A stretch of DNA of 58,615 bases, filler included, from Sphacelaria rigidula (taxonomy: Eukaryota), in NCBI GenBank assembly GCA_964200075.2. It is 3 parts of 3 records of this genome, joined end to end, with 100 filler letters (N's around TTAATTAATTAA, not from the genome) between each part and the next. Parts side by side here need not be neighbours in the genome. Positions count along the whole stretch, not along the records: positions 39,146 to 58,615 come from CAXNAA020000666.1; 2 more parts are not named here. The stretch is one strand, 5' to 3'. Positions 40,235-53,900 of this stretch are shown here, one piece after another (the first letter of the stretch is position 1; each line of letters starts with the position of its first letter). The notes under the pieces are model-generated. The model saw nothing but the letters and a program-made list of their open reading frames with translations. It did no database searches and was not told the origin of the DNA. Both the position numbers and the translations under genes were made by a program.

Positions 40235-40650
40235 CATGAACTGACAGGTGGGAAACAACATATGTTTATATGATTCATTTTTCATGGGCAGAAGGTGGAG
40301 GACATGTACGCATGAGTCACGCTGCGTGAATGATAAGTGGGGAACATTTGGACTTGTACCACTTTGTATGGATGGGAGGTATGTCACATATATGTATGAT
40401 TCATGCCGCATGAAATGAATTTGGGAAACATGTACGCTTGATTCATTCACCTCGTACGGACGGGAGGAGGATGACATGTACGTACGATCCATGCGGCATT
40501 AACAGAAATTGGGAATTGTGTACGCTTGATACACCTCGTATGAAAGGAAGGTGGGGAACGTGTGCTCATGATTCATGCTGACTGAACGGAAATTAGGAAA
40601 CATGTACCTATGAATCACGCCATACGAAAGTACGGTAGAAAACATGTATC
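40235..40650. repeat. Degenerate ~42-bp minisatellite (GGGAAACATGTACGnATGATTCA core)
   Basis: About 10 units with recurring ACATGTAC and TGATTCA/TGAATCA at ~42-bp spacing. Confidence 0.75.
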
Positions 40651-41747
40651 TTCGACGGTGCACCGCACGAATCACGCACTGGGAAAGTGTACATTTACTT
40701 GAAGGGGTGTCGTACGAATCACGAACCCAAAATATGTATAAACTCGGTTGGTTCATCCAAATGTAGAATTTGGATAAAAGTCGAATCACGATTATATTCG
40801 TTCGAACCGTGAAAATACCGTTTGCATTTTTCAGGGTCTCGTGTTCTTTTACGCGTACTAAATTCAATATCATATACAATTTCGAGCTCAGCTCGTACTC
40901 ATGGAAACGTCTGGTTCTCATTTTCCCGCCTGTTTAGTGCTAAAATCATGGCGGCGGCAGGGAGGTCGAGTGTCTGCAGTGTGACACGTGACTACTTCGT
41001 GACTGGTGCATTCTGGATTTGAGAGCTGTGATGGATGCCCCCCTTGCACACTGTGGGTATGTTGATTAAGAACCGGCTGTGACAATGGTAGTGGACGCGG
41101 TTCATACTCCTCTTCGCTATCCTGAGTGCTGTAGCGGCACTTCACACTCGCCTGCCTTTGACCTCAGCCGTTGAATTTCAGGGGAGGTGAAATGTCCTCA
41201 AAGGCATCTTTGACGGGTGCTATTTGCCAACACCATATGCAATTTTGATCTGCGCCCGTTCCCATTTTTCAGAATGCCGTCTTATTTGGGAAAAGGAGTA
41301 TTAACTCCACACTTCGAAGACAAGAACACGGGATTCGCCAGCGAAAGGGCCCCCATCGGTGTACCGAACCCACACAACACACACAAACGATCCAAGCGCA
41401 TCGTTGCTCCAGGCCTCGTCGCGACGCAGGAGTCGGGACCTGGTACAAACTACACGCGCACACACGTCCCGTGCACACACACACGTCCCGTGCAGACACA
41501 CACGTCCCGTGAATCTAACCTCATTCCACACCCATGGCAGTCCCGTAGACCACACTTTCCACAAAGGTCGCCGAGATGCCACCATAAGTGCAAAGCAACC
41601 TAAACTCACACCACCGTCCATAAAAGGTTCTTCCAACATATCCGTCGTACCCAACGGATAACACCGTTCGCCTCCTAAATATGGCAACTTGACAGACACA
41701 ACACTGCAACAAAGGGGGAAAGAGTACCCACACCCAATTCCTCAATG

Positions 41748-41901
41748 CTAAACCCTTCGCCCGGAACCTATTCCGTTGCGGGGGTTGGGGTTTTTATTAT
41801 TACGTCGTGGGGAGGCGCCTGCGCTGACGAGAAACCGTTTAAGCTTGGCTGCCTGCTGCGCCGTCATGCCGGGGACTGCAATCTGGAACTCTTTTGCGGC
41901 G
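41748..41901 (-). CDS. FANCM: FANCM terminal exon (second HhH)
   Basis: CAG|C acceptor matches phase 2; AAKEFQIAVPGMTAQQAAKLKRFLVSAG..., stop TAG. Confidence 0.75.
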
Positions 41902-44900
41902 CTGCAATACACACACATGCACACACGCAGGCACGGACACGAGAGGATAGAAAAACGCATGTTTGTGTCAAGGCTCGAGATACGCCAGGATCGCCAGGTT
42001 AAAGCTGCGCAATATTCAGTGGGGTTGGTCGTGTATCGGTTACCGATAATATCCAAAGCAATTACGGCAGCAGCACCGACATCGATAGTTTGCCATCACA
42101 GGCGATAAAGCATGTTCGGAGTTCTGCGCCCTGACCGGGCGTTTGGACACTCGACAACCTAATTTTGCGATAAGATTGACACATTGACTGCGCCAATCGG
42201 CCCATCTAAAAAAATGGTGAGAAGACATACGGCAAAATGTTTACAGCTGGTTCGTACAGTATTGTAAGTTAGGATGATTTGTACTTATATAATATCTTCG
42301 ATACCTGTCGATACAAAACACTACAAATCAAGGGACACCGTCCGTTCGTGCACAATAGGGAATAACAGGGACATCCAGCACCCAATGGGCGAAGGCGGGA
42401 AGGTGAGTGAGCATGTGTGATGGAATACACGGCATGAGAGGCGGGAGGAACTGGACTGATGAAACCCCGCCGTCGCAAAATCCCATGGTCAACGAGTGCG
42501 CTATACTTGTTTGCTGAATCGGTGCGACTTCATTGGCAATAAACGTCATGCGAAGATTGACGAAATAAAAGATAGGCCATGTAGGCTGGAACCCCGGTTG
42601 TGCCACGTACGCTATGCCCGGTCAAGGACACGTAACAGGAGTTACTTGATTGATGGATTGATTCACATATCACGCAAAATTGAATCAAGGACGCGTCAAG
42701 GCCTGCCCCGGAATAAAAATCTACCATGACTCACTGTAGTGTTCACGCACCTCATTTGCTCAAATAATCGTACAGTGAAGAACAACATAAACACGCTGCT
42801 CCCTTGATATGACGCTGGGGTTGTCGAACAGATCCCGCTCCCGTCGCCACCTTCCACCTTGCTGCATCAATCCCTACAGGAAATATAGCCCGCGCAACCT
42901 TCTCTATACTTATATAGAAGGAGGGAACCTCACCTACTTATGACCTCCTTGACCGACCGTCCTCGAAACGCCTGCAGCAGGAACAACCCTCCGGGGTACG
43001 ACAGTGTTGGCGCCCTCAGCAACAATGACAGGAACTTCATCTGGGCAGCCGTGAGAGAAGGCCCTGTGACCTGTTATTGTCCAACGGAAACACAGCGCGT
43101 AAAACAAAAAAGATGGGTAAAGCGGGGTGAAGAACGATAATGCCGGGTAGTACGCACTGATGAGGAGAGGCACGCTGCTTCACCCCGCCAGGTATGCCGT
43201 GCTTCATTATATTACGAATTAGAAAGAACAAAAAGTTAAAAAAAAAATTCGACAAAATACTAGAGGTATTCTCAAGCACTACAGGCTAGCCTTAAATGCC
43301 CGAAAAGCGCCGCACCGCAAGCAAATGGGGATAGGAACACCCCGGAATAATTTGCTCTCAAGAGCCCTCTGGACAATTTTGACTCACCACAATCGATTAC
43401 TCCAAGACCCCCCCCCCCCGCCCCTTTGTACTCCCCAATCCCTCACCTCGGAAGGCAGCCCCACACCCGCTCGCTCCTCCTCAACCACCAGCTGCACCAC
43501 CTTGTCAGCGGTATCTTTCCACCCCCGGCTCGCGACGACGCTAACCCCGTGGAGAGCCTCGACCCTATCAATTGCAGCCTGCTCCGCCTCATCCCCCTGG
43601 CTGTCACCGCCGCCACCGCCGCCGCCGCCCCTATCGCTTCTTCCCCCGCTGCCACCGGAGTGACGATGGCTCTGGTCGTCCTCCAGGCCTTCCACGATCA
43701 CCACCACGCGGGCGTACCGGGACAGGTTGGCCTGGAGGAGCGCTACGAGGGGCGGGACTTTTTCAGGCGATTCAATCCCGCCAGCATTAGAGAACGGGGC
43801 GGTTGCCGCAGCAACGCCGACGACACCTTGCTGGTGCTGTCGCTGCGACTGCGATTGCGATTGCGATTGTGAATACGACGATGATGAACCTGGCAGCGGC
43901 AGTGGGGAACAAGGTGACAGCCCAGCTTGGCTCCGTTTTCTTCGCCCTGACGCCTGAGAGACGAACTGCCGCCGGCTGCGGACGCAAACCGCGCATTGTG
44001 CGCCCACCACGAGGTCAACATCTCGCAGCAAGGGTGGCAATGACGATACTCCCGTCGACATCGCGCCTCCCGTCCGACCCGCGATTGAGCCCGTGGCGGT
44101 GCCGCCGCCCAGTGGGCAGGCGTGTATCGTCAAACCTGGACGCGAGCGCAGTTCCCTTGCCAGCGCTTCCAAGGTGATCGCCCTCGGCGCAGACAGGGGC
44201 ACGGTAGCCGAAATTGTTGCTGTTTTTGTCGGCGGCAGAGGAGAAGCAGACGAGGAAGTGGCCACGGCCTTGGCCGAGGTGGTCGCTGCCGATGATTTGA
44301 CCGCCGGCAGTGGGGGTGACGGTGGTCTTGGTGCGGAGTGACTGTGATGTGCTGATGATGATGATCTTGATGAAGCTACAGAAGGGCCCAATGGCGGTGG
44401 TGGTCGTCGTCGCTGCTCGGTGGTGGTCGTCGCTGGCCTCAATAAACCCAATCTGACGGTACCACCCGCTTCTTTAGCATATCTCCCAATTGATCTCTCG
44501 GGAGCCGCCGATGATGCACCCTCACTGTCTTCTCCGTCTGAATCATCATCATCATCATCGTCGTCGTCCATATCCACGCTCATACGGAATTTTCGCCGCT
44601 GCTGTTGCTGCTGGAGCAACACGGCCGTTTTGTTTTGACTGCTGCTTTCCTGCGATGGCAACGATGAACGAGGACGCGTGAGACCTGCCTTCGGCAACAA
44701 AGACCTCGCCGATGAATTCGTCCCTCGCTCGCTGCCAAGACCACCTGCACCGTTGCCTCGACCAATACCCGTCCCACCACCACCAAGGGGTTCGTTCTTA
44801 GTTGGAGCAGCGCAATCCTGCGGCTGCGTTAGCCCGACGCTAGAGCCTTGGCTGAGGCCTCCTCCTCCTACTTTCCCACCGCCACCACCGCCAACTTTAG

Positions 44901-47900
44901 CAGCCTGTCTTTGTCTAAGACGTTCGAGAGCCCTGGCCCTATTTTCCTGCATCTTTCGCCGCTGCTGTTCCGTCAAGGACGATGCTCCGGAGCTGTTGCT
45001 GCTGGAACGAGACGAGGAACTGGAGCCCATGTCCTTATTCTCGAGAACCTTCTCACACCGCGAACCACCACTTGCCGCGGCGATACCACCAGCGGCGACG
45101 GGTTCACTGCGCGCCACAGACTGGAGCACAGTTCGCTGCGAAGCTTGCAGGGGTGGTTCACCGTGCCCCTTACCGCTCGTTTCACCTTTCCCAAAAGCGG
45201 TCCCCCCTGCGCTTATGCCGCCTTCCGTCACATCATTACCTTCTGGGCGGTGATTTTCCTTGCCCTCGTGCCGGCCATCATCCTCGACACCGGCGGCTGC
45301 CACGAGCTTCGGTCTCTTCAACAAAGGAACAGCAACAGGGTCGGGATCGGCACGCGCTGCCGCCGCCTTCGCGGGTGCTGTGCGACGGAGGCCAGGAGAC
45401 AACGGAGGAGACCCTGGCGGGTACGCCTGCCGCATTACCTGAGAGTATGACTGGTCTTCTGCCGCTTCCTCCTCATCAGAGTACATCGGCTCGGCGTTCG
45501 CTTGATCTTCCGCCGTAAGCCGCCCGCACCCCGACAACTCAGCAGACGGCATACCACCACCGCACGATTCGCTTCCGTCCTCCCCCGGGGAGGTGAACTG
45601 GGAGGATTCCGCCTTCGCCAATCTCCTGCTTGCTCTCTGTGGCGTGGGCATCTCCTGAGTCGGGGTTTGGCTGTTGTCGACATACATATCGGAATCGCAC
45701 GCGTTTTCGATATCGAGGGGGTCGCCTCCGTCCCGCGCGTGGCTCATGACGGCATTGATAAACGCGCAGCGCCCTCCGCCGCGGATTGCTCTGCCGCCGC
45801 GGCCATCCCGCGTGCCACCACGATTGCGGTTCCGGGATGATGTCGAGGCACCGCCAGGACGAACAGGAGTTTGAGACATCGCCATCAGTTGGAGGTACAT
45901 GCCCTGCGAGTATGAACGGGAAATGTGGATAGCTGAATGGGTGAGGACGTTGAGCACGCAGCGTATGGTTGATGCAGTTTTCACCGCAATAGAGTAAAGT
46001 ACAGAAGCCCAAGTAATGAGAAAATATACGTTTAGATGATGGGGACTAACCACAGCATACACACACACAGGAGCAAACCAGGATGCAAGAATGCTGATGA
46101 CCCACAAACGCTGTATAACGCACGAGAAGGCGTGTTTTGTTCTCTTACTTCTCTCACGCGGCGCCGCGGGTAACAAAAAACGACAGCAAAACGATAAAAA
46201 AAGCGTTTCCCTGCACGTAACCCTACTTGCGCATCTACAACCAGCTACATACCTTCTCGTCTTCATCGTCACCCAACCTCCTCTTTTTCTTCTTTTTCGT
46301 GCCGTTACCGTTGCCCCCGCCCTTGCCTCGCCTAGAGCCAATGCTCGCATCTTCTTCGCCGCTGTCGCTGTCGCCTTGGTCGCACGGGGTGTCTTGCAGG
46401 CTTGACGGCGTGTCGGCACCCTCCTCCTGAGACGAGGAGGTCTCATATGACAAGGGTCCATCATCAACGAAGCTATCCTGGCTGTTTTTCATTCCACGGG
46501 AAGACGAAAGGGCAAAGAAACCGGATTAGCAGGTCCGTAGCGAGGTTCGGGGACAGCAGACTTCACGTGAGGTCGGCGTCAACTTTCCACCCCCTTGAAA
46601 CATACTTGATTTTAGTGTGAGCCTTCAGTCCCAAGGGGGGGTGATCGTTTTCACGATACAATGGGAATAACTGTTGCGGCTGCTACCGGCGCGGTCGGAA
46701 TCCGAAACGAGAAAACTCCGAAAGTCAGGATATACGACATCTACAAGGTTGTGTTGTGTAGGGTAGGGGTACGTTCGGCAGGATATGAGATTCCTTGCAG
46801 AACATACATGACTATCGTGTACCAGTATGAGAGTCTTACAGAAGTTACAGAGTCTGTCGGATAGAGTTTGGGAGGCTTACAGAATTCACAAGACTTGTCA
46901 GGTAGGGTATGGTGGTTGCACAGAAAAACGAACCCGTAACCGGGTATTTTTACGACGGTATACCCGCACCCCGGGTAATGGTAAACATTGTGTTTAGAAC
47001 TTACAGAACTATCGGGGTACCGGTATGGAAGTATTACAGATCTCACAGAATTGTCGGGTAGGGGTATGAAAGTCTCAACAGAACTGACAGATCTGTCGGT
47101 ACTCGTATGAAAGTCCTACAGAAGTCACACAACGGTCGCGTACGGGTAATACCCAGGAAAATACCCTGGTATACAAAAAACCGTACGCTGCCGAACAAAA
47201 CCTTGCACACAACCATCAACGTCGATGACCTGCCCCTTGCAACTTATTCCCCCTAGTGGCACAGATGAACCGGTCCCACTCAAGCCCCAACTGAAGTCTG
47301 TGGGTGATCCATCCTGACGGTTTGCCTTGCTGCTCACGTTTCGTGTTTCCACTCAAGGGTACCCTGTAACCCGTCAGTGTACGAAGTTTACATATGTTTT
47401 TGTGGGGGTGGTGTTGAGTGAACGAAGGGGATTTGATTGATGGGGGTTTGGTGTTCAAGTTTTGATTATCAGATTGTGTCGGGACCAAACCTCCATTGTT
47501 GGGACGGAAACTAAATCCATACTCACAGGGGTATGAACGTCCAAAAAAACGTAGAGAACTGTCGGGTATCGGTATGAAAGTCTCACAGAGGTTGCAGAAC
47601 TTGCCGGGTAGGGTATGGAGATTGCACAGAAAACCGTACCCGCAACCGGGTATTTCTAAAGGGTATACCCGTGTCGCCGGCAAGGGTATGGGAGGCCCAC
47701 GGCACTCACAGAACTCACAGAACTCACGTGTAGGGGCATGAAAGTCTTCGAGAAATTACAGAACTGTCGGGTATGGGTATGGAAGCCTCACAAGAAATCA
47801 CAGAACTGTCGGGTGCGGATGATACCCGGGGAAATACCCCGGGTATACACAAAACCGTACCCTTCAGAACATAATCTTGGACATTTATATCCCCGCACTG

Positions 47901-50900
47901 CATGTTTTTCATACTGTACGTCTCTTCACCAATCCGACAGCTCAGTAACCCATCCCTGAACTTCATGTCGAAAAGACAAGTTGCGAAACTCCCGTGTTAC
48001 GGGGAACTGACGCTGGCGCAATATATTCCAGAGACGCGCAGAAATGGGTGCCATAAACTTCCCCTTTTTACCAGTCCTCCCCTCTCGTCCTGTTTGCAGT
48101 GACGCATTACACTGACTCTATCGCCGCGAACAAAAGAGAAAAAAAACAGTAATAAACGCCAACATTTCCTTCTTATGTCACTTTTCAACTGCTCCCCGTC
48201 CTCGGGATAAGTCCGTGGTGTCAAGGGACCAACCCATCTCTCCCCCGGTACACGCCTTGCATTTGGGTCTCGCAGACTGGACCAACATATCTGCACCGCG
48301 TCAGCTCTTGCCAAACAAACTCAGTCGAACAAACCAACTTCTGCTCCTCACATCCTCGCGTGTTCAATGACGTACATTAGATCATTGGAAGGGGAAACGC
48401 CAAATATATCTAGCGGGAATCGAACTCACGTTTTTCCCACCCTAATGGTGTCAGTTGTAACATTATACCACCGGGGCGCGTTAAGAGTTGTCGTAGGTAT
48501 GTACGGCTACATGTAATCACCTACCTTCGGTGCTTCGGGGTCCCGAGTACGCGGCGAATCGCGCGCGAAGCGACTCGAGCGTCACAAGGGACCGCTAATA
48601 GCACTGAATAATGACCGAATGTACACGCACAACACGCCACACACGAGCTCTTTTTACCTGTCATAGAAGTCGTCCAAGTCTGCCTCGTCATCGTCGGAAA
48701 TATCTTCGTCCACTTCTGCCTCGTGGTCTATATATCTGAAGTGCCACACAAAACACACGTGCACACAGACACACACACACATACGGAGTGGTCAGGCGCA
48801 GGGAGCCGGCGAGCCTTTTTCTTCGAGCGAGCACAGGAACAGAAGATGAGTTCGTGTTATCAGAATATGGCATAAACAACACCAAACAAACACACACCCA
48901 CACATCCATGCACGCATACAACGCGCACATTTTTACCCCAAGAGTATGCCTCGTTCCCCCCGCCAATAACACATACACATGATTCTGACGGCGATCCATC
49001 TACAGTCTAGGAAGGAAGGCTATGAGAAGCTTTCCCCCTCACGGACGATAATTACGACATGATACCATGGTCGTCGTAGACTTTGACTACGTGAGACCGA
49101 TGTCGGACACACGATCCACAGCGAACTAGGCACCGTCTCGCCTGGGGCGGATCGACTGGCCCATACCATGCCGGTCGGTGCCTTCTTTGCCAGATCCCCC
49201 AGCACACCTCAGTGCAACGGTAAACGCAACCCGCCCCACAAGCACCTCATCACGGACTAGGCGGCTCGGATGCAAACGGCAAAAGAAAGTCGATGGGAAG
49301 ACATGGCAGCAAGCCAGTCGCTCATGACAGCAACATGTTCATGGGGAAGTGGCAAAATCGCGACCACCACGATCGCGGCAAACACCAATACCGCCACCAT
49401 GACCATCACTAAACAATAGCAGCAGCGGCAGTAGCAGCAGCGACAGCAAAGGCAATGGCCGACAGAAAGAAACCCACCGGCGATAGGAAGACTTGTCGAA
49501 TTCGCATCTCCGGCCCTTGCTAGCGCCCCCGCCTTTCTCCCGCCCCATGAACGCGCGCTCTCCAGCTTTCGGCTCACTCGGCTGCTTTTTCTGGCTCCGT
49601 TCCCTCGACAAACCCTTCAAATTATCGTTACACCCATCAATCACAGAGTAAAACCATACGTTGACCATATACATATACAAATACTACATGTCATCACATA
49701 GATTCATAAAAAAATACGAAAGCATTCTCGACACGATAGAAACAAACTTACCAGAGAATGCCATTGCACGAAGTCCTGAAAACCACCCACCGAAAGCACG
49801 CTTGCACCAAAATCCACCCACAAAACCATGATTGACTTGTGGGAGGTGTCGATGCGTCGAGACTGCGCAAAGTCCTCGTGTTGCCCATGATGAATGCCAG
49901 TGCGACCAAGAACAGTCTGTTCAACTACCAAATGACAGCAACTACTCCGTTTATACCGTCAAAATATCACCCACGATGGAGGGCAGTGCTCATCTGTCTA
50001 ACCCTATCCCACGGGCCATACACACAGCCGGTGAGACGATGAGAGTAGGGAGGAAGGGAAGAATTACACAATATATTATTCCACGGGTCGTACGTTTTGA
50101 CACGTGAGCCTCAGCAAAACGCAATCAGCTGTCCATTTCGTTCAACACTCACCTTTGAGCGGCTGCCAAGCGAGCGCTTCTTGCCGGATAGTGCGCCTTC
50201 CTCCACACCAGACTTAGGATGAAGCGTGACGACGCCCGCGTTAGTGGCACGCATTCCGAAAACGAGGGTTCGGGTTGTGAGTCAGTGAGCCTGGGCACAG
50301 GTCACGGGTGCAGTCAAACATATGACGACAATCAACTGCTTCCTCACACAGGGATACCCTTCTCCCCTCACCTTCTTGAGGCGTCGGCGCTTGACGTCTT
50401 TCCTCACATCGTCCACCGGCGAGATCGCCTGCGACAAGGTCACGAGACCGTCATCGCAGCCCTCGCCCACTCCTTCAACGTCAACAGGGCTGCCATACAT
50501 GCCGCCCTCTCCCCGCCCTCCCCCTCCTCGAAGAAACTTCGTACCCGAGGTAGCCGGCGGTGCCATATCAAACACCTTTAGTGGTGTGCCTCTCTCGTCA
50601 CCTGTGTCCCCGCCCGCACCGCCTTTTCTTCCCCCCTTCCTAGCGGCCGCAACCTTCGCCGCCGCAGCCACGGGGCTCGAGGTTCCACCCACAGCTCCGT
50701 CGTTTTCGCTCTTACTGTGCTCGGTTCCGTCCTCGTCGCCTTCGCTATCCGATAAATTCATCGTGTGCTTTCGAAGTCGTCGCCGCCGCCCGGCTGCCGC
50801 CGCCGCTGATATAACCACCGGCGACTCCGCCTGACTCTGCTGCGAGCAATGGAACAACCCGCTCGACTCTGTCTGCGTCGGTATCAGTTTCCGCGATCTG

Positions 50901-53900
50901 CCCGCCTCGTCTTTGGCATCGGCGCACACAGTCTCACCAGTATTTCTACATTCGTTTTTTGCCCCTAGCATGCTATCCGCAATGCATGCTGCACTCCCTC
51001 CCGTGCTATCTGTTTCTCCCTCGATAGGCCTTGGTCCACCGGTATTGTTCATTTGTCCCCCCGTTACTCGCGACTCGTCGAGGCGACACATATCACCACC
51101 ACGTGGTGCGGCGTGCGCGTGGTGACCCTGTCTTTGATCCTCGCGTTGTCTCTCCCGCCGGGAGTGAGTCCGGCAAAACAGCTCGAACACGCCGTCGTTC
51201 TCCCGCAGAAAAAAGCCCGATCGCAACGCGCAAAACGGGTGACACGCCTCCAAGCAGACGGGTGCCGCGCACTGCACCACCGCTCCGCCGCGCTCGTGGC
51301 AAAGCGAGCACGTGAGCGTCTCGCGTGTCGGGTCGAGCTCAGAGAGCGGTCCGGGTCGCACCGTATCCGGGTCAGAGGTTAGCTCCGGGGTCCACCACAC
51401 GCATACCACGTGCGCCCATCGCCCGCACCGCGAACGCTTGAGAACACCCCCCGAGCGCCTACAGAGAGCGCAGGAAGTCGAGGATGCAGCAGATGGTGCT
51501 TTTTTACGGGCATCTGCCACTGCCGATGATGTGGACCCACAACGCTGGGTCCCCTTGGTTGCGGTCGGGCGCGAAGGTGACGATAATCCGCACGATTGTG
51601 AGTTCGAGTGACCAGAAGAGGAGGAGCACGGCTCACATAACCATGGGCCCTCTGGAATCTCGGTAACACCGTAACAGTCAGCGTGAACGGCCGTCTCGCA
51701 GCCTTCTCCGTCGCAGAGCAGTATAGGGTCATCCTCCTTGGGGCTGGCATCGCCGCAGACCCCGCAGAATACATCGTCGTCTTCTCTCTCTTGGTCTGGG
51801 GTGGGTCGGCCGCGATCGCCACCGCCAGAACCTCCACCGCTGCTTTGGCTGCTGTTTTCTACACCACCAGCTTGACTACCGCCGCCTCCGCCCCGGCCAC
51901 CACCACCGCCGTTTCCTATTTCGCCACCTCCCCCTCGCGTCTGAATGAATTCTCGGATTCCTCGCTGCGCGTGACTCCTCACACCGCTCTCTCGTTCACT
52001 GGCAGTCGATCGATTGCCGATGCTAGGATCTGCCACCACTACCTCACCCTCAAGCTGGTCGCCAGGTCGGTAAGACTCGAGCGTGCCGTCACCAGACATG
52101 TTAGCAGAAACATCTTGTGTGATCCCGTGCGCAGCCTCCGCATCGTCGCTAGCAGGGTTCCTTTCGTCAGCAGTCCGACTGCTTTTGAAGGCCTCGGGGT
52201 TGTTGTCACACACCGGTACACCCCCGCTGTCAACCAGTAACGTCTCTTCTTGTGTTCCGGCGACGTCTGCATCGCACGGCGTATCTCCTTGGGCATCCTC
52301 GCCCCACTCGTCGTCTTCGTCGTGCTGGGTCTCAGTAAGTTCCTCCACATGGCGTTGCCCCGGGGAGGCAGTCGTGCTTGACGCCGCAGAGTCTTTATTC
52401 GGAGAACGCTTGCTGTCAGCACAAGAGGGATCCGAAGTTGGTGTGGGGACATGCCTCTGAGATTCGCTGTCAATGAGAACATCGCGCATGGCGGCGGCAG
52501 CGCGATCGCCGCCTGCAGCGGCGGTTGTTGCCGACTGTACTGCCACATCATCAAGGGTCCCAGCAGATGTAGTCAGAGACAAACGCCGGGGAGGAGGCGA
52601 CGCTTCCGGGATGTGGGGGACGGACAACACTGGTGGAGGAGGTAGGACCAGATCTTTGGTAGGCGTAGCTGGCGGGGGCAAGCGTGCCACGGGAGCAGCG
52701 GACAGCACCGGAGGAGGAGGTATCGCCAAACCTATTGTGGATGTAGTCGGCGGACGCGCCGACGAAGTTTCCGAAGTGGAAACTTTAGAACGACTGGATG
52801 GCATTGAACGAGGCGCCGGGGTGACGAGCGGTGACAGCCCGCCATCAAAACGGCTGATCCCCCCGGTGCTTCCACCATTCAAGACATCGACGTCGGCAGA
52901 GCTAGTGCCTTGGTCGCGGACACCACCGGTGCTGTCCAGTCCCTCTTGGCCTGCCTCGAACTGATGCAACGACGGAAAGAGCCCCGCAAAGCTGTCGTTA
53001 TCTTGGCTTTCCTGCGTCGCGGGCGAGGGGCACGGTTCCGTTAAATCCTCTGTTGTTGTGGACCTGCCGCTTCCTGGGGCTGGCGATTCGTCCGCACCTG
53101 CCGCACCGACAACAGGCCGGCGGCCTTGTACTGACTCTGGCGTATGATGTTGCATACTCCTCTGTAGAGGTTCCGAGCTGAACCGTTTCCCTTCACATTT
53201 TGGTGTAGCCAGCCTTGGCTGGCGGGGAGCGGAGGCGACAGGTGCGGTTGCCGGCCCGCCAACGACGCCAGCACACAGGTTCCGGACCCCGGGAGCCGTC
53301 GCCTCCGCTGAAGCCGTTGTAGAGGCCGGTGCAACCGCCGGCGCTTCGAAGGTGACTTCCCTGTCCCCGTTCGTTTTGCTCCCATCTCTAGATGCCGACT
53401 TTTTCAATTTCGACTCTCTGCGGTGGCCGATCAAGGATTCTTCATCCTCATCCTCCTCGCTGCCACCACCCTTTCCTGGCCCGCGGTGGCCACTGTCCAC
53501 ATTTCCTACTTGCCTCTCACTGACTTTGTCGCGAGCGGCGTCTCGGTCGATGCCTCCTGCCCCCGCGGCAGCGGCGGGTTTGTCCTTCGCGACTGTGACT
53601 GGCCTTGGGGTTTTGCAGGCGCGGCACTTCAATCTGCTGGCACCGTACTCGTTGCCGCAACCAACGCACATCCACGTTCCCTTGGTTTCTTCAGGCGCCG
53701 CCGGCGACGGGGATCTAACGCCCACGCCATCACTTCCGCCCGCCGACGACGACAGTACGCGTGCTAGTGTGGAGAGACTCTTCGGAGCTATGCCACGCCC
53801 TACAGCAGCACCTTTCGATCCGTCACTAGCCGATCCGTGCACCCCTGAATCTGCCCTGCCACCGTTGCTATTGCTGTTCTCGGCGTTTTTGTTGGCGACG

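Noticed and set aside
40918-41145. SQ/TQ-containing ORF as an extra FANCM terminal exon
   Set aside because: The preceding exon already reaches a stop at 41748 after the second HhH, and I found no convincing donor/acceptor pair.
43384-46467. 1027-aa ORF as a single-exon gene
   Set aside because: Its first ~188 residues are an off-frame reading of exon 46481-46253 plus a stop-free intron (46252-45904). Only 45903-43447 is coding in this frame.
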